Below are positions 50,365-62,654 of a DNA stretch of 64,000 nt, in pieces. The number at the start of each line of letters is the position of its first letter. Position 1 is the stretch's first letter. The notes below the pieces were generated by a model. The model saw only the letters and a program-made list of their open reading frames with translations, did no database searches and was not told where the DNA came from. This DNA comes from Eledone cirrhosa (taxonomy: Eukaryota): contig OZ024741.1 in NCBI GenBank assembly GCA_964016885.1, positions 205,778,001 to 205,842,000 of the forward strand, given 5' to 3'. The translations under genes and the position numbers were made by a program.

Positions 50365-52789
50365 GGATTTCAGGAGACCTGAGCACGGCACAGTCTCCTC
50401 TGACACTCCCAAATAATCGTGCGTTCTTTATAACTGATACGTTTTCCCAAGCTCGATGTCTTGTGGATACAGGCGCTGCTTGCAGCATATGGCCGCTAAA
50501 ACTTCTCAAAGAGAAGCCGTCAGTTTCATCCATTTCTCTGCAAGCCGTAAATCATTCTCCTATCTTCACGTATGGTCAAATTTCTCGTTCTTTGAACCTG
50601 GAATTGCGAAGAGACTTCACATGGATTTTCACGGTCGCTGATTTGCCTTATCCTATTCTAGGCTCGGATTTCCTGCACCACTATAACCTCTTAGTGGATA
50701 TGCGCAGATGCCGGTTGTTGGATGCTAATACGGAACTCTCCGTTCCGGGTTTCAAATCTACTGTCTTATCTATCAGCCCGGTATTCTTCATCGCCGCTTC
50801 CGAGGCCCCTTTCCAGTCGCTTCTAAATTCCTTTCCGGAATTGACAAATTTGAATTTTGTGGTGAGCAAGCCTACTCACTCCACAAAACATTATATCGAA
50901 ACTTCTGGCGCTCCTGTATTTTCTCGCCCTCGCCGCCGCCTCCCTGCGGAGAAATTGAAAGCAGCGAAGGCTGAATTTAACCACATGCTACAGCTAGGGA
51001 TCATACGCCCACCCTCAAGTCCGTGGACCGCTCCTTTGCATTTGGTTCCAAAGCGTTCCGGTGATTGGCGTCCCACTGGGGACTTTCGCCAGTTAAACGC
51101 GATGACGGTACCCGATCGCTACCCGATCCCACACATACAAGATTTCGCGTCTTCGCTTCATGGATGTAAGACATTCTCCAAATTGGATTTGGTCAAGGCT
51201 TACCACCAGATTCCAATGAACCCGGCAGATATACCTAAAACTGCTGTAACAACTCCTTTCGGAGCATTCGAATTTCTGACTATTCCTTTCGGTTTGCGAA
51301 ACGCAGCCAGTACTTTCCAACGTTTCATGGATGAAGTTGTGTGCGATTTGGATCGTGTATAACTACATTGATGACATTCTCGTGGCAAGTGCCTCACCCG
51401 AGGAACATGTCACTCACCTCCGTCTACTGTTTGAGCGGTTTCAGCAGTATCAAGTGCGAATTAACCCGGAGAAATGTGTTTTCGGTACGTCTTCACTTGT
51501 CTTCTTGGGCCACGTTATCAGCCCTGAGGGAATCTCACCACTGCCTGACAAAGTGAAAGCTCTGCAAGACCTTCACCCACCCACTTCACTTCACCAGCTA
51601 CGACATTTCCTTGGTCTGCTGAACTACTAGAGACGTTTTATCCCACACTGTGCAGATCTCCTGTCTCCTCTGTCTGACCTGTTACGTAACAGGAAAAGGA
51701 AAAATGAATCCATCACACTGGACACGAGTCAGCTAAAAGCCTTCAATGAAGTGAAGCAGAAACTCACGGAGACATCACTGCTTGCACATCCTGTGTCTGG
51801 TGCCCAGTTTTCACTGGTCGTTGATGCATCGGGCACAGCTGTAGGTGCAGTTTTGCAACAGCATCACCAACAACAACTACAACCTCTCACGTACTTCTCG
51901 AGACTACTGAAACCGCAGAGACACGATATAGCACGTTCGTCCGTGAACACCTGGCTATGAACCTCGCAGTGAAACACTTTCGACATTCACTGGAGGGTCG
52001 TCAATTTGCGATCTACACTGATCATCGTCCGCTTACATTCGCACTGCGTTCTAAGCCGGATAAATATTCACCTCGCGAAACTCGTCATTTGGACTTTGTT
52101 TCGCAATTTACCAGCGATATCCGACACATCTCCGGTGAGCAGAATGCGGCGGCAGATGCCTTGTCTCGCCTCCCAATCAATTCCCTGTCATCACCTTCGG
52201 ATATTGACCTTCGACGGATGGCCACAGAACAGCCACCCCTCGACACCTTGGATCTTTCGTCTCCTGAATTTGCAACTGGCAAATTTTCATATCAACCTGT
52301 GCCCACTTCGGACACACAGATTATTTGTGACACCTCAACGGATTCACCTCGTCCTCTAGTTCCAGCGACTCATCGTTGTGCAGTTTTCGAGACCTTGCAC
52401 GGTCTAGCACACCCTGGAATATCAACCACACTGAAGCTCATTTTGGCTAGATTCTTCTGGCCGAATATGAGGCGTGACATCACTGCCTGGACACGTTCCT
52501 GCTTGTCCTGCCAGAAGTCAAAGGTGCACAAACACATCCGCGCACCCCTCAGAACTTTCAGCACTCCAGACGCTTGGTTCATTCATGTCCATATAGATCT
52601 CTTTGGACCATGGCCGGTCAGCCAAGGATTTACCTATCTCCTGACCTGTATTGATTGCTTCACACGTTGGCTTGAAGCCATTCCTTTAAGTGACATTTCA
52701 GCGGAATCTGTAGCGCGAGCTCTAGTATCGTGTTGGATATCGCGTTACGGAGTTCCAACCACTGTCACCATGGACCGTCTGTTGAATGT

Positions 52790-53553
52790 GTATATATATA
52801 TATATATATATGTATGTATATGTGTACATACATCACTCAGTCAACCGACCAGATTTCAACCCCAACATCTACAACAACACCGGCACTAATGTTTACAGCA
52901 ACAACAGCTTCAGAATGAACTAAAATGAACATTTACAACAACAACAACAGCGGCATCAAAAGATAAAGGAAAAAAGAAAAGGGGGAAAAAAAAAAACTCA
53001 AAATAACAAACACACACGCACACAACAACAACATCAACTGCCACCACCACCGCCATCACAACTTTAGTAATAATACATATATATACACATATACATACAC
53101 ACATATATATATATATACATACATATATATACACATATATATACATACACATATATATATAAATACATACATACATATATACATATACATATATATACAT
53201 ACACACATATATATATACATATATATACATACACACATATACATATATATATATACATATATATACATACACATATATATATACATATATATACATACAC
53301 ACATATACATATATATATACATACACATATATATTCATATATATATACATATATATACATACACATATATATATACATATATATACATACACACATATAC
53401 ATATATATATACACATATATATACATACACATATATATATATACATACATATATATACACATATATATATACATACACATATATACACATATATATATAC
53501 ATACACATATATATTTATATATACATACATACATATACACATATATATACATA

Positions 53554-53597
<44 letters not shown>

Positions 53598-53653
53598 CAT
53601 ATACATATATATATATATACATACACACATACATATACACATATATATACATG

Positions 53654-53691
<38 letters not shown>

Positions 53692-53760
53692 TATATACAT
53701 ACATACATACATATACACATATATATACATACATACATACATATACACACATATATACAT

Positions 53761-53827
<67 letters not shown>

Positions 53828-53839
53828 CATACATACATA

Positions 53840-53871
<32 letters not shown>

Positions 53872-53982
53872 CATACATATATATATATACATACATACAT
53901 ATATATATATACATACATACATATATATACATACATACATATATACATACATACATATATACATACATACATATATACATAC

Positions 53983-54014
<32 letters not shown>
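52790..54014. repeat. About 1.2-kb (TA)/(CA)/(TACA) compound microsatellite
   Basis: Directly visible. Source of the spurious YIYM-type ORFs. Confidence 0.95.
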
Positions 54015-54017
<3 letters not shown>

Positions 54018-54208
54018 GGAACAAGTAGGACCCTGACGGCTGAGCTCAAGCCATTTCGACAGCTAATTCTGTCCAGAATTAGCCGTCGAAACGGCTTGAG
54101 CTCAGCCGTTGGGGTCCTACTTGTTCCTATTACCCACTCTACTACCCTAAGTATTGAGTACTTTGGTGCGTTATGGTCCATCTGGTTCCTTACCACATTA
54201 CCTTCGTT
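54015..54208. mobile_element. Hairpin-ended short element, second complete copy (inverted relative to 23141)
   Basis: Arms 54015-54071 and 54074-54130 with 4 transition mismatches. (TA)n on both sides. Confidence 0.75.
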
Positions 54209-54284
54209 ATATATATATATAGGGCGTTATATATATATATATAGGGCGTTATATATATATAGAGGGCGTTATATATATATAGAG

Positions 54285-54468
54285 GGCGGTAGATTGGCAG
54301 TATCGGTGGAGGGTCGGACGCCATGCTTTCCAGCATAGTTACGTCCCTTTACGATCTGAGTTCAAATCCCGCCGAGGTTGACTTTGCCTTTCATCCTTAC
54401 GGGGTCGATAAAATAAAGTACCAGTAATGCACTGGGTTATTGCTGGCCTTGTGCCTAAAGTAGAAACA
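54285..54468 (+). mobile_element. tRNA-derived SINE with Deu/Nin-like core
   Basis: GATTGGCAG...GAGTTCAAATCC head and GCCTTTCATCCTTACGGGGTCGATAAAATAAAGTACCAG core. Further copies at about 19370, 36672, 43035, 48170 and 60680. Confidence 0.8.
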
Positions 54469-54482
54469 GTTATATATATATA

Positions 54483-56460
54483 TGGCGTAGCAGCATCATC
54501 GTTAACTGCTATAAGGGAAAAGGAGATGCCCTAGATAGGAGTAACTATAGAGGCATTAAATTAATCGACCAGGTCATGAAGGTCACGGAAAAAGTAATAG
54601 CGCAACTAATCAGAGAGAGAATTGATCTAGATGAAATGCAGTTCGGATTTGTGTCAGGCAAAAGTACCACAGACGCTCTTTTCATTGTACGACAACTACA
54701 GGAGAAGTACCTAGCTAAAAGTAAACCCCTATACTTAGCTTTCGTCGACTTGGAGAAAGCCTTCGACAGAGTCCCCCGTTCCATTATCTGGTGGTCTCTT
54801 AGAAAACTAGGTGTTGACGAATGGCTTGTGAGAGCTATACAAGCCATGTATAAAGAAACAGTCAGTAAGGTTAGAATTAACAACGAATATAGTGAAGAGT
54901 TTAGCGTAAAAGTTGGTGTCCATCAGGGCTCTGTTCTTAGCCCCCTACTATTTATTATTGCCCTTCAGGCTATAACAGAGGAGTTCAAGACCGGCTGCCC
55001 ATGGGAACTCCTATACGCAGATGATCTAACGCTCATAGCTGAATCAATGACCGAACTAGAGAAGAAATTCCAAACATGGAAGCACGGCCTAGAATCAAAA
55101 GGCCTTAAAATTAACCTGGCTAAGACTAAAGTTCTAGTTTGTAGGAAAGAAAATATGGCGGCAGTCCCATCTGGGAAATGGCCATGCTCAGTGTGTAGGA
55201 AAGGCGTAGGTAGAAACTCCATTTTATGTCCCAAATGCATAAAAGATGTAGTGGGATCACAGGTAAGCTAACTAAGAACATAGATTTTACATGTGGCCGG
55301 TGCTCTGGTGCAATAAGTAGCAGCAAGTGCCCACAAATTACTAGCTCCTTCAACTGCGCAGAGGGTTCTATAGAAATAGTGGACAGCTTCCGTTACCTGG
55401 GTGACAAAATCAGCAGTGGGGGAGGGTGCTCTGAAAGTACAGTAGCTAGAGTCAGAACTGGATGGAAAAAGTTCAGAGAGCTTATACCACTATTAGCCGC
55501 TAGAGGGTTCTCCCTAAAAATGAAAGGCAGGTTATACGATGCCTGCATACGAACAGCAATGTTGCATGGCAGTGAGACCTGGGCATTGTGTGCAGAGGAT
55601 ATACGCAGACTAGAGAGGAACGAAGCTTGCATGCTCTGCTGGATGTGCAATAGTAATATACGTGAACGGCAAAGCATAAACGAACTAAGGAAAAAATTAG
55701 AAATAAGAGGGATCAGATGTTGTTTACTCGAGAGAAGGCTACGTTGGTACGGTCACGTGATGCGCATGAAAGACGACAGCTGTATAACAAAGTGCAGGGC
55801 AATAAAGATAGACGGTAGCCACGGAGTAGGCAGACCCAGAAAAACATGGGACGAGCTGATAAATTCCGACCTCACACGCTTACACCTCTCCAAGACAATG
55901 TCACTGGACCGAGACCTTTGGCGGTACTCAGTAATAGAGAAGACCCGCCTTACCTAAATACAAAGTAAAAACCTACTACAGTCAGTAGGCATCTCTATCA
56001 ACCTCCCCCCCCCCCACCTCCACCCCATCCACACCGCCCCTTTCAATGTACAGTTATGTTGGTCCCGCAACATCCAGGCCGAAACAAATGAGATCGTGTA
56101 GGTGTCACGACAAAAAACACACAGTCCACGCTGTAAATGTGGCCGTGTAGGCAACACGGTAAAAACCTCCCAGCCCCACACTGTAAATGTGGTTGGTGTT
56201 AGGAAGGGCATCCAGCTGTAGAAAACCCGCCAGACAGTTCACGCTGTAATGTGGCCGTGTAGGCAACACGGTAAAAACCTCCCAGCCCCACACTGTAAAT
56301 GTGGTTGGTGTTAGGAAGGGCATCCAACTGTAGAAAACCCGCCAGACAGTCCTATGCAAGCAAGACAACCACTCTTGCCTCAAGTGGGAAAACCCCCGTC
56401 CAAACCCATGCAAGCGTGGAACACGGACGCTAAACCTGATGATGATGATGATGATGATGA
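54483..56460 (+). mobile_element. RTE-clade LINE, 5'-truncated copy 1 (deletion frameshift near 55238)
   Basis: RT motifs QFGF, FVDLEKAFD, GVHQGSVLSP and YADD. The 3' UTR has internal repeats and a (GAT)n tail; the copy starts right after (TA)n. Confidence 0.9.
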
Positions 56461-56604
56461 CACAGATAAATCTACCACTCAATGGTAGGTTCCAAACCGT
56501 ATAAAGAACTCAATGTAATCCGTATGTAGATGTTGTGAAGCAAAGTTTAAAATTCAAACATTTTTTTATCAACGATATAATTCAATTGGATACAGAGTCA
56601 AAAT

Positions 56605-56925
56605 AGAAATATTAAAACAATGAAATTAAACACAAAACTGTTAATTCATAGTAAAACACATTATTTTACGATCGTTTCTGGGGGGTAGTCTTCTGCATGT
56701 TCATTTAATTATTGATCTATGTAAAACATATTACAAAATATCATAGTGAGAAAAGAATACATACGTCTTCACTTCTTTTCTCACTATGATATTTTGTAAT
56801 ATGTTTTACATAGATCAATAATTAAATGAACATGCAGAAGACTACCCCCCAGAAACGATCGTAAAATAATGTGTTTTACTATGAATTAACAGTTTTGTGT
56901 TTAATTTCATTGTTTTAATATTTCT
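56605..56925. repeat. Inverted repeat, two 153-bp arms with no visible mismatch, 15-nt loop
   Basis: Arms 56605-56757 and 56773-56925, compared by eye. Confidence 0.9.
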
Positions 56926-57072
56926 CTCTCTCTCTCTCTATATATATATACATACATACACACATATATATATATACATATATACATACATATACACACA
57001 CACACAAATACATATATATAAATACATACATATATAGGTATATATATAAATACATACACATATATATATATA

Positions 57073-57903
57073 TATGAGGTGGTATAAAAAAGTTCCCGGA
57101 CTAGTTATGTTTAAAAGAAAACTGATATATTTTCGTAAGTTTTAACATCATCTCCTTCAAAATAGACACCTTGCGTAGCAATATACTAGTCCTAAAATTC
57201 CTGCCACTTTTTGAAATCCGGCCTGGAAGTCGTTTTCCGTAAGTGAATTGAGGGCCTTCTGCGATTCGCCCTGGATCTTGGCAAAGATGTTAAAACAGTG
57301 ACTGTTGAGCTGCATTTCTGCTTGGAAGTTCACAGGTGCTAAATCTAGCAAATAGGGTAAGTGTGGAAGCGATATATTGTTTTGGGTGTGAAACTCACAA
57401 GTGAGGAGAGCTCAGTGACAGGGTACATTGTCGTTGTGAAGAATTGAATTCTTTGCACTCCACAGATCCAGTTGCTTTCACCGAACGACCTCTCTCAAAT
57501 GCCTCAAAACATCAGCAATATCATTGATTGTTCTCCGACGATCCTCTTGCACAAGCTGATTAATTTTTTCCACATCTCTGGTGGTGATGCTTGTCGTAGG
57601 TCTTTGTCATCTTCCAGGGACGTTCTATCACTTTTGAAGTGCTCATGTCACTTGAAATATTGCACATGACCCATTGCTAAAGCATGCTCAATGTCTCTGA
57701 AGTAGACGTCCCAAGTTGAATGCAGAATTTAAAATTGGCTCTTTGTTCCAACTTCCTGTTCATGAGAAAATTGCAGACTGCAATGTCAGTTGGTACACTG
57801 GCGCATGAAGGTCACTGTTAGCTGTCACAGCGCGTGCCACCATGTGTTGCCATCTGTTGTGTGCTATAGATCTAGTCTGGAAACATTTTGATACCACTTC
57901 ATA
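57073..57903 (-). mobile_element. Internally deleted mariner element with both TIRs, in (TA)n
   Basis: Left TIR TATGAGGTGGTATAAAAAAGTTCCCGGACTAG; right TIR (reverse complement) TATGAAGTGGTATCAAAATGTTTCCAGACTAG. A DLAP remnant is present on the minus strand. Confidence 0.8.
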
Positions 57904-57913
57904 TATATATATA

Positions 57914-59948
57914 TGTAGTAAAATAAGTAAGGCAATCAAAGATATGAAGACAGGCAAGGCGGCTGGGCCTTCGGAAATAGTTGCCGAGATGCTGAAGGCA
58001 TCTGGTACGGTGGGACACACCATGGTCACCCGGATAGTCAACCAAGTCATACAGAATGGGGTTGTTCCAAAGGACTGGCGTAGCAGCATCATCGTTAACT
58101 GCTATAAGGGAAAAGGAGATGCCCTAGATAGGAGTAACTATAGAGGCATTAAATTAATCGACCAGGTCATGAAGGTCACGGAAAAAGTAATAGCGCAACT
58201 AATCAGAGAGCGAATTGATCTAGATGAAATGCAGTTCGGGTTTGTGTCAGGAAAAAGTACCACAGACGCTCTTTTCATTGTACGACAACTACAGGAGAAG
58301 TACCTAGCTAAAAGTAAACCCCTATACTTAGCTTTCGTCGACTTGGAGAAGGCCTTCGACAGAGTCCCCCGTTCCATTATCTGGTGGTCTCTTAGAAAAC
58401 TAGGTGTCGATGAATGGCTTGTGAGAGCTATACAAGCCATGTATAAAGAAACAGTCAGCAAGGTTAGAATTAACAACGAATATAGTGAAGAGTTTAGTGT
58501 AAAAGTTGGTGTTCATCAGGGCTCTGTTCTTAGCCCCCTACTATTTATTATTGCCCTCCAGGCTATAACAGTGGAGTTCAAGACCGGCTGCCCATGGGAA
58601 CTCCTATATGCAGATGATCTAACGCTCATAGCTGAATCAATGGCCGAGCTAGAGAAGAAATTCCAAACTTGGAAGCACGGGCTAGAATCAAAAGGCCTTA
58701 AAATTAACCTGGCTAAGACTATAGTTCTAGTTTATAAGAAAGAAAATAAGGCGGCGGTCCCCTCCGGGAAGTGGCCATGCACAGAGTGTAGGAAAGGCGT
58801 AGGTAGAAATTCCATTTTGTGTCCCAAATGCAAAGTTTGGGTTCATAAAAGATGTAGTGGGATCACAGGTAAGCTAACTAAGAACATAGATTTTACATGT
58901 GGCCGGTGTTCTGGGGCAATAAGTAGCAGCAAGTGCCCACAAAATACTAGCTCTTTCAACTGCGCAGAGGGTTCTATAGAAATAGTGGACAGCTTCCGTT
59001 ACCTGGGTGACAAAATCAGCAGTGGGGGAGGGTGCTCTGAAAGTACAGTAGCTAGAGTCAGAACTGGGTGGAAAAAGTTCAGAGAGCTTATACCACTATT
59101 AGCCGCTAAAGGGTTCTCCCTAAAAATGAAAGGCAGGTTGTACGATGCCTGCATACGAACAACAATGTTGCATGGCAGTGAGACCTGGGCATTGTGTGCA
59201 GAGGATATACGCAGACTAGAGAGAAACGAAGCTTGCATGCTCCGCTGGATGTGTAATAGTAATATACGTGAACGACAAAGCATAAACGAACTAAGGAAAA
59301 AATTAGAAATAAGAGGGATCAGATGTTGTTTACTAGAGAGAAGGCTACGTTGGTATGGTCACGTGATGCGCATGAAGGACGATAGCTGTATAACAAAGTG
59401 CAGGGCAATAAAGATAGACGGTAGCCACGGAATAGGCAGACCCAGAAAAACGTGGGACGAGCTGATAAACTCCGACCTCACACAGTTACACCTCACCAAG
59501 ACAATGTCACTGGACCGAGACCTTTGGCGGTACTCAGTAATAGAGAAGACCCGCCTTACCTAAATACAAAGTAAAACCTACTACAGTCAGTAGGCATCTC
59601 TAACAAAATACACCCCCGTCCCACCACCCCCACCCCATCCACACCGCCCCCTCTATGTAAAGTTATGTTGGTGCCACACCATCCAGGCCGAAACAAATGA
59701 GATCGTGTAGGTGTCACGACAAAAAAACACACAGTCCACGCTGTAATGTGGCCGTGTAGGCAACACGGTAAAAACCTCCCAGACCCACACTGTAAATGTG
59801 GTTGGTGTTAGGAAGGGCATCCAACTGTAGAAAACCTGCCAGACAGTCCTATGCGAGCAAGACAATCACTCTTGCCTCAAGTGGGAAAACCCCCGTCCAA
59901 ACCCATGCAAGCGTGGAACACGGACGTTAAACGATGATGATGATGATG

Positions 59949-59950
<2 letters not shown>
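57914..59950 (+). mobile_element. RTE-clade LINE, 5'-truncated copy 2, RT ORF open to 59563
   Basis: Motifs KAAGP, NYRGIKL, YADD, a PHD-like CTEC..CPKC..WVHKRC..CGRC insert, FRYLG and RRLRWYGHVMR. (GAT)n tail. Confidence 0.92.
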
Positions 59951-60014
<64 letters not shown>

Positions 60015-60298
60015 ATATATATATACAGGATGGACCTTCAGAGGCCTAGCTTATCTTCTAGCTTCTTGATTCTGTTCCCTGCTTACTCCATTTTGCTAAT
60101 CTATCCATGCCTGTTCCTTATTCTTAATTACCTCATTCACCCTACTATTCCACCACCATATCACTCTTCATTGCTTGGTCTCACCCAAGCTTTGCAAGCA
60201 TGGAAATTTTGATGTAAAATTGATGATGATGAGAATTATGTGTGTGTATGTATTATGTCAACTGACATTATAGAAAACCGAAAGAAGTAAATATTTAC

Positions 60299-60417
60299 AT
60301 GAGGTAGCGACCTTGGTACAAAATCTGGAGGGGAAATAGCTGGCAGACTTGAATCCTTTAACATTTCATCACGAAGAGATTTTCGAGGGTTAGCTTCTTC
60401 AGAATCAAGGGATGGTA
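60299..60417 (-). CDS. HAX1: HAX1-like protein, internal exon
   Basis: TTTCTCTTATTTCAG acceptor and GTAAAT donor, 119 nt, phase 1 to 0. Contains SLRDEMLK (HAX1 signature TLRDSMLK). Confidence 0.85.
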
Positions 60418-61199
60418 CTGAAATAAGAGAAATGATAGCTACAACAGTTGGACAATGTTTCTTCTTGAAAACAGTGTCAGTTTTTGTCTTTCATGACTCA
60501 GTAAGAAGGTGTCTTTGTTCAGAACCTCTGGACTTGCGGGGGTAAAACTGGAGGAAGTTATCTAATTCAATGAGATAGTAGTCAAACTAATTCTTCAAAT
60601 TGACAAAGCTCCATTTTCTTATTTACTTCACATTTTACTTCATGTAGCAGTAAAGCTGTACATATCTTTGGTATCAGTTGACTTAGCCGGCAAGAATTTT
60701 AGTTGTTAGACTATTGCATAGAAAGCCTTGTAGTATTTGTTACAGAGCTGTGTTCTGAGTTCAAATCCTGCCAAGTTCAACTTTGCATTTTATTCTTTCG
60801 AGGTTGATAAAATAAAGTCACAGTTCAAGATGATGAATTAGTAGAATTGTTAGAACATTGAATAAGATACTAGGCTGTATTTCTTTCAACCCTACACATT
60901 CTGAGTTCAAATCTCATTGTGACCTAGTTGAATTCTAGCCTTAATCTGCTACTTGATTTAACACCATCATCTGAACCATGAGTTCATTTAGTGGAGACTA
61001 TTCTGTTGCAAGCATTCAGGCCAGGGCTCCAATTTGAAGATACTTTCCCCTCTCTCACATGTCTCAGAGGCATTGAAAAGGGTTATGGGTACTGCTTCCT
61101 CCTCATTGGCTAAACAATAAAAAACAACAGACAACTATTACAATATCAAGCTGTAAAACAATTCTAGCCAAATAATTAATTTGCATGCCTATAAATGAA

Positions 61200-61797
61200 T
61201 TACAGATACAATACATCTAGTAGACTTTCAGTTTCTATCTACACAATTACAGATACAATACATCTAGTAGACTTTCAGTTTCTATCTACACAATTACAGA
61301 TACAATACATCTGGTGGGCCTCCATAGTTTCTGTCTACATAACTACAGACACAATACATCTGGTGACTTCCACAGTTTCTATCTACATAACTACAGATAC
61401 AATACATCTGGTGGGCTTCCACGGTTTCTGTCTACACAATTACAGATAAAATACATCCGGTGGGCTTCCATAGTTTCTATCTACACAATTACAGATACAA
61501 TACATCTGGTGGGCCTCCATAGTTTCTGTCTACATAACTACAGACACAATACATCTGGTGACTTCCACAGTTTCTATCTACATAACTACAGATACAATAC
61601 ATCTGGTGGGCTTCCACAGTTTCTGTCTACACAATTACAGATAAAATACATCCGGTGGGCTTCCATAGTTTCTATCTACACAATTACAGATACAATACAT
61701 CTGGTGGGCCTCCATAGTTTCTGTCTACATAACTACAGATACAATACATCCGGTGACTTCCACAGTTTATATATACACAATTACAGATACAATACCA
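61200..61797. repeat. Minisatellite, about 12 copies of a 49-bp unit with a 195-bp 4-mer higher-order repeat
   Basis: Unit TACAGATACAATACATCTGGTGGGCTTCCATAGTTTCTATCTACACAAT. The variant pattern of 61295-61489 repeats at 61490-61684. Confidence 0.9.
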
Positions 61798-62093
61798 TAG
61801 TTTCATCATCATCATCACCACCGTTTAACGTTCATTTTCCATGCTAGTATGGGTTAGATGGGTTGTCCTATTTGAGGTAAGTTAAGGTAAGATGATTTTG
61901 GATACAATACATCTGGTGGACTTCCATAGTTTCTGTCTTGCATCCAGCTGTAGAAACCAAGCTAAAACAAAGCATATGAGCAGTACTAATCACCTTACCA
62001 GTCAGACCTCAGCATGCAACAACCGTCTAACCCATGCAAGTATCGAAAATAGACATTAAAACATGATGATGATAGTTTAAAAATATTACATAC

Positions 62094-62248
62094 TTTGTGT
62101 ATATTCTATAGAGCCCAAACTCCTCATCACATCCTGCATGTTTTGTTGCATCTCATCCATCTGGTGCTGTATATTTGAATCAAAGTGTTGAAATATAGAA
62201 TCCATATCATTTCTTTCAAAGTTATCAGAAAATGGATCATCTCGCCTC
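62094..62248 (-). CDS. HAX1: HAX1-like protein, most 5' exon visible (probably exon 2)
   Basis: TCTTTTACAG acceptor and GTATGT donor, 155 nt, phase 2 to 1. Encodes RRDDPFSDNFERNDMDSIFQHFDSNIQHQMDEMQQNMQDVMRSLGSIEYTQ. Confidence 0.75.
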
Positions 62249-62654
62249 CTGTAAAAGATAGGACATTAAGAAATATATGACAATAGTAACTTTAAATAAT
62301 TATATCTATTGGCTCCATGTTGGACTGATATGCAGATACATGTACATACACAATAACAAGTATTTCAAGGACATTTTCCTTGTTAAAGTAGTAGTTAGCC
62401 TTGCAGGACCCATACAGTGCACTCAGTATAAACTTTGTGTACACAAGAAATGTAGTGGGATCATAGGCAGGTTAACATGGAAAATAGGCATAGTGTGATA
62501 TTAGGCAGGTTAACAGGGAAAAAGATTATGTGTGGCAGATGCACAGAGGTAGTCAGTAGTAAGAGCACCAGTGATATTAACATTTTTCAATCGAAGGAAG
62601 GCTCCATAGAAGTAGTTGATAGCTTTTGTTAACCAGGTGATTAAATTAATAGTG

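Larger units (their letters stand above)
48709..52778 (+). mobile_element. Ty3/gypsy LTR retrotransposon, CsRn1-type, 3'-truncated within integrase
   Basis: 5' LTR at about 48709-49088 (TGTAG start, AATAAA) and a tRNA-Trp PBS at 49091. gag has WFAQIE..LGDRTP..LFFSRLP and a decayed CHCC motif ([16 protein letters not shown]). pol has [20 protein letters not shown] and YIDD, RNase H VDAS and TDHRPL, and IN HGLAH..CLSC..HIDL. No 3' LTR. Confidence 0.9.

Noticed and set aside
52910-54196. Long 428-aa and 310-aa ORFs (YIYMCV-rich)
   Set aside because: These are translations of a (TA)/(CA) microsatellite. The same applies to the poly-EK, poly-F, poly-N and YIYI ORFs at 2642-3369, 8243-8524, 21717-23395 and 25777-26101.
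57842-57915. N-terminal extension suggesting a mariner-RTE fusion protein (573-aa ORF)
   Set aside because: The first residues come from the mariner TIR and (TA)n by chance. The RTE is simply 5'-truncated at about 57914.
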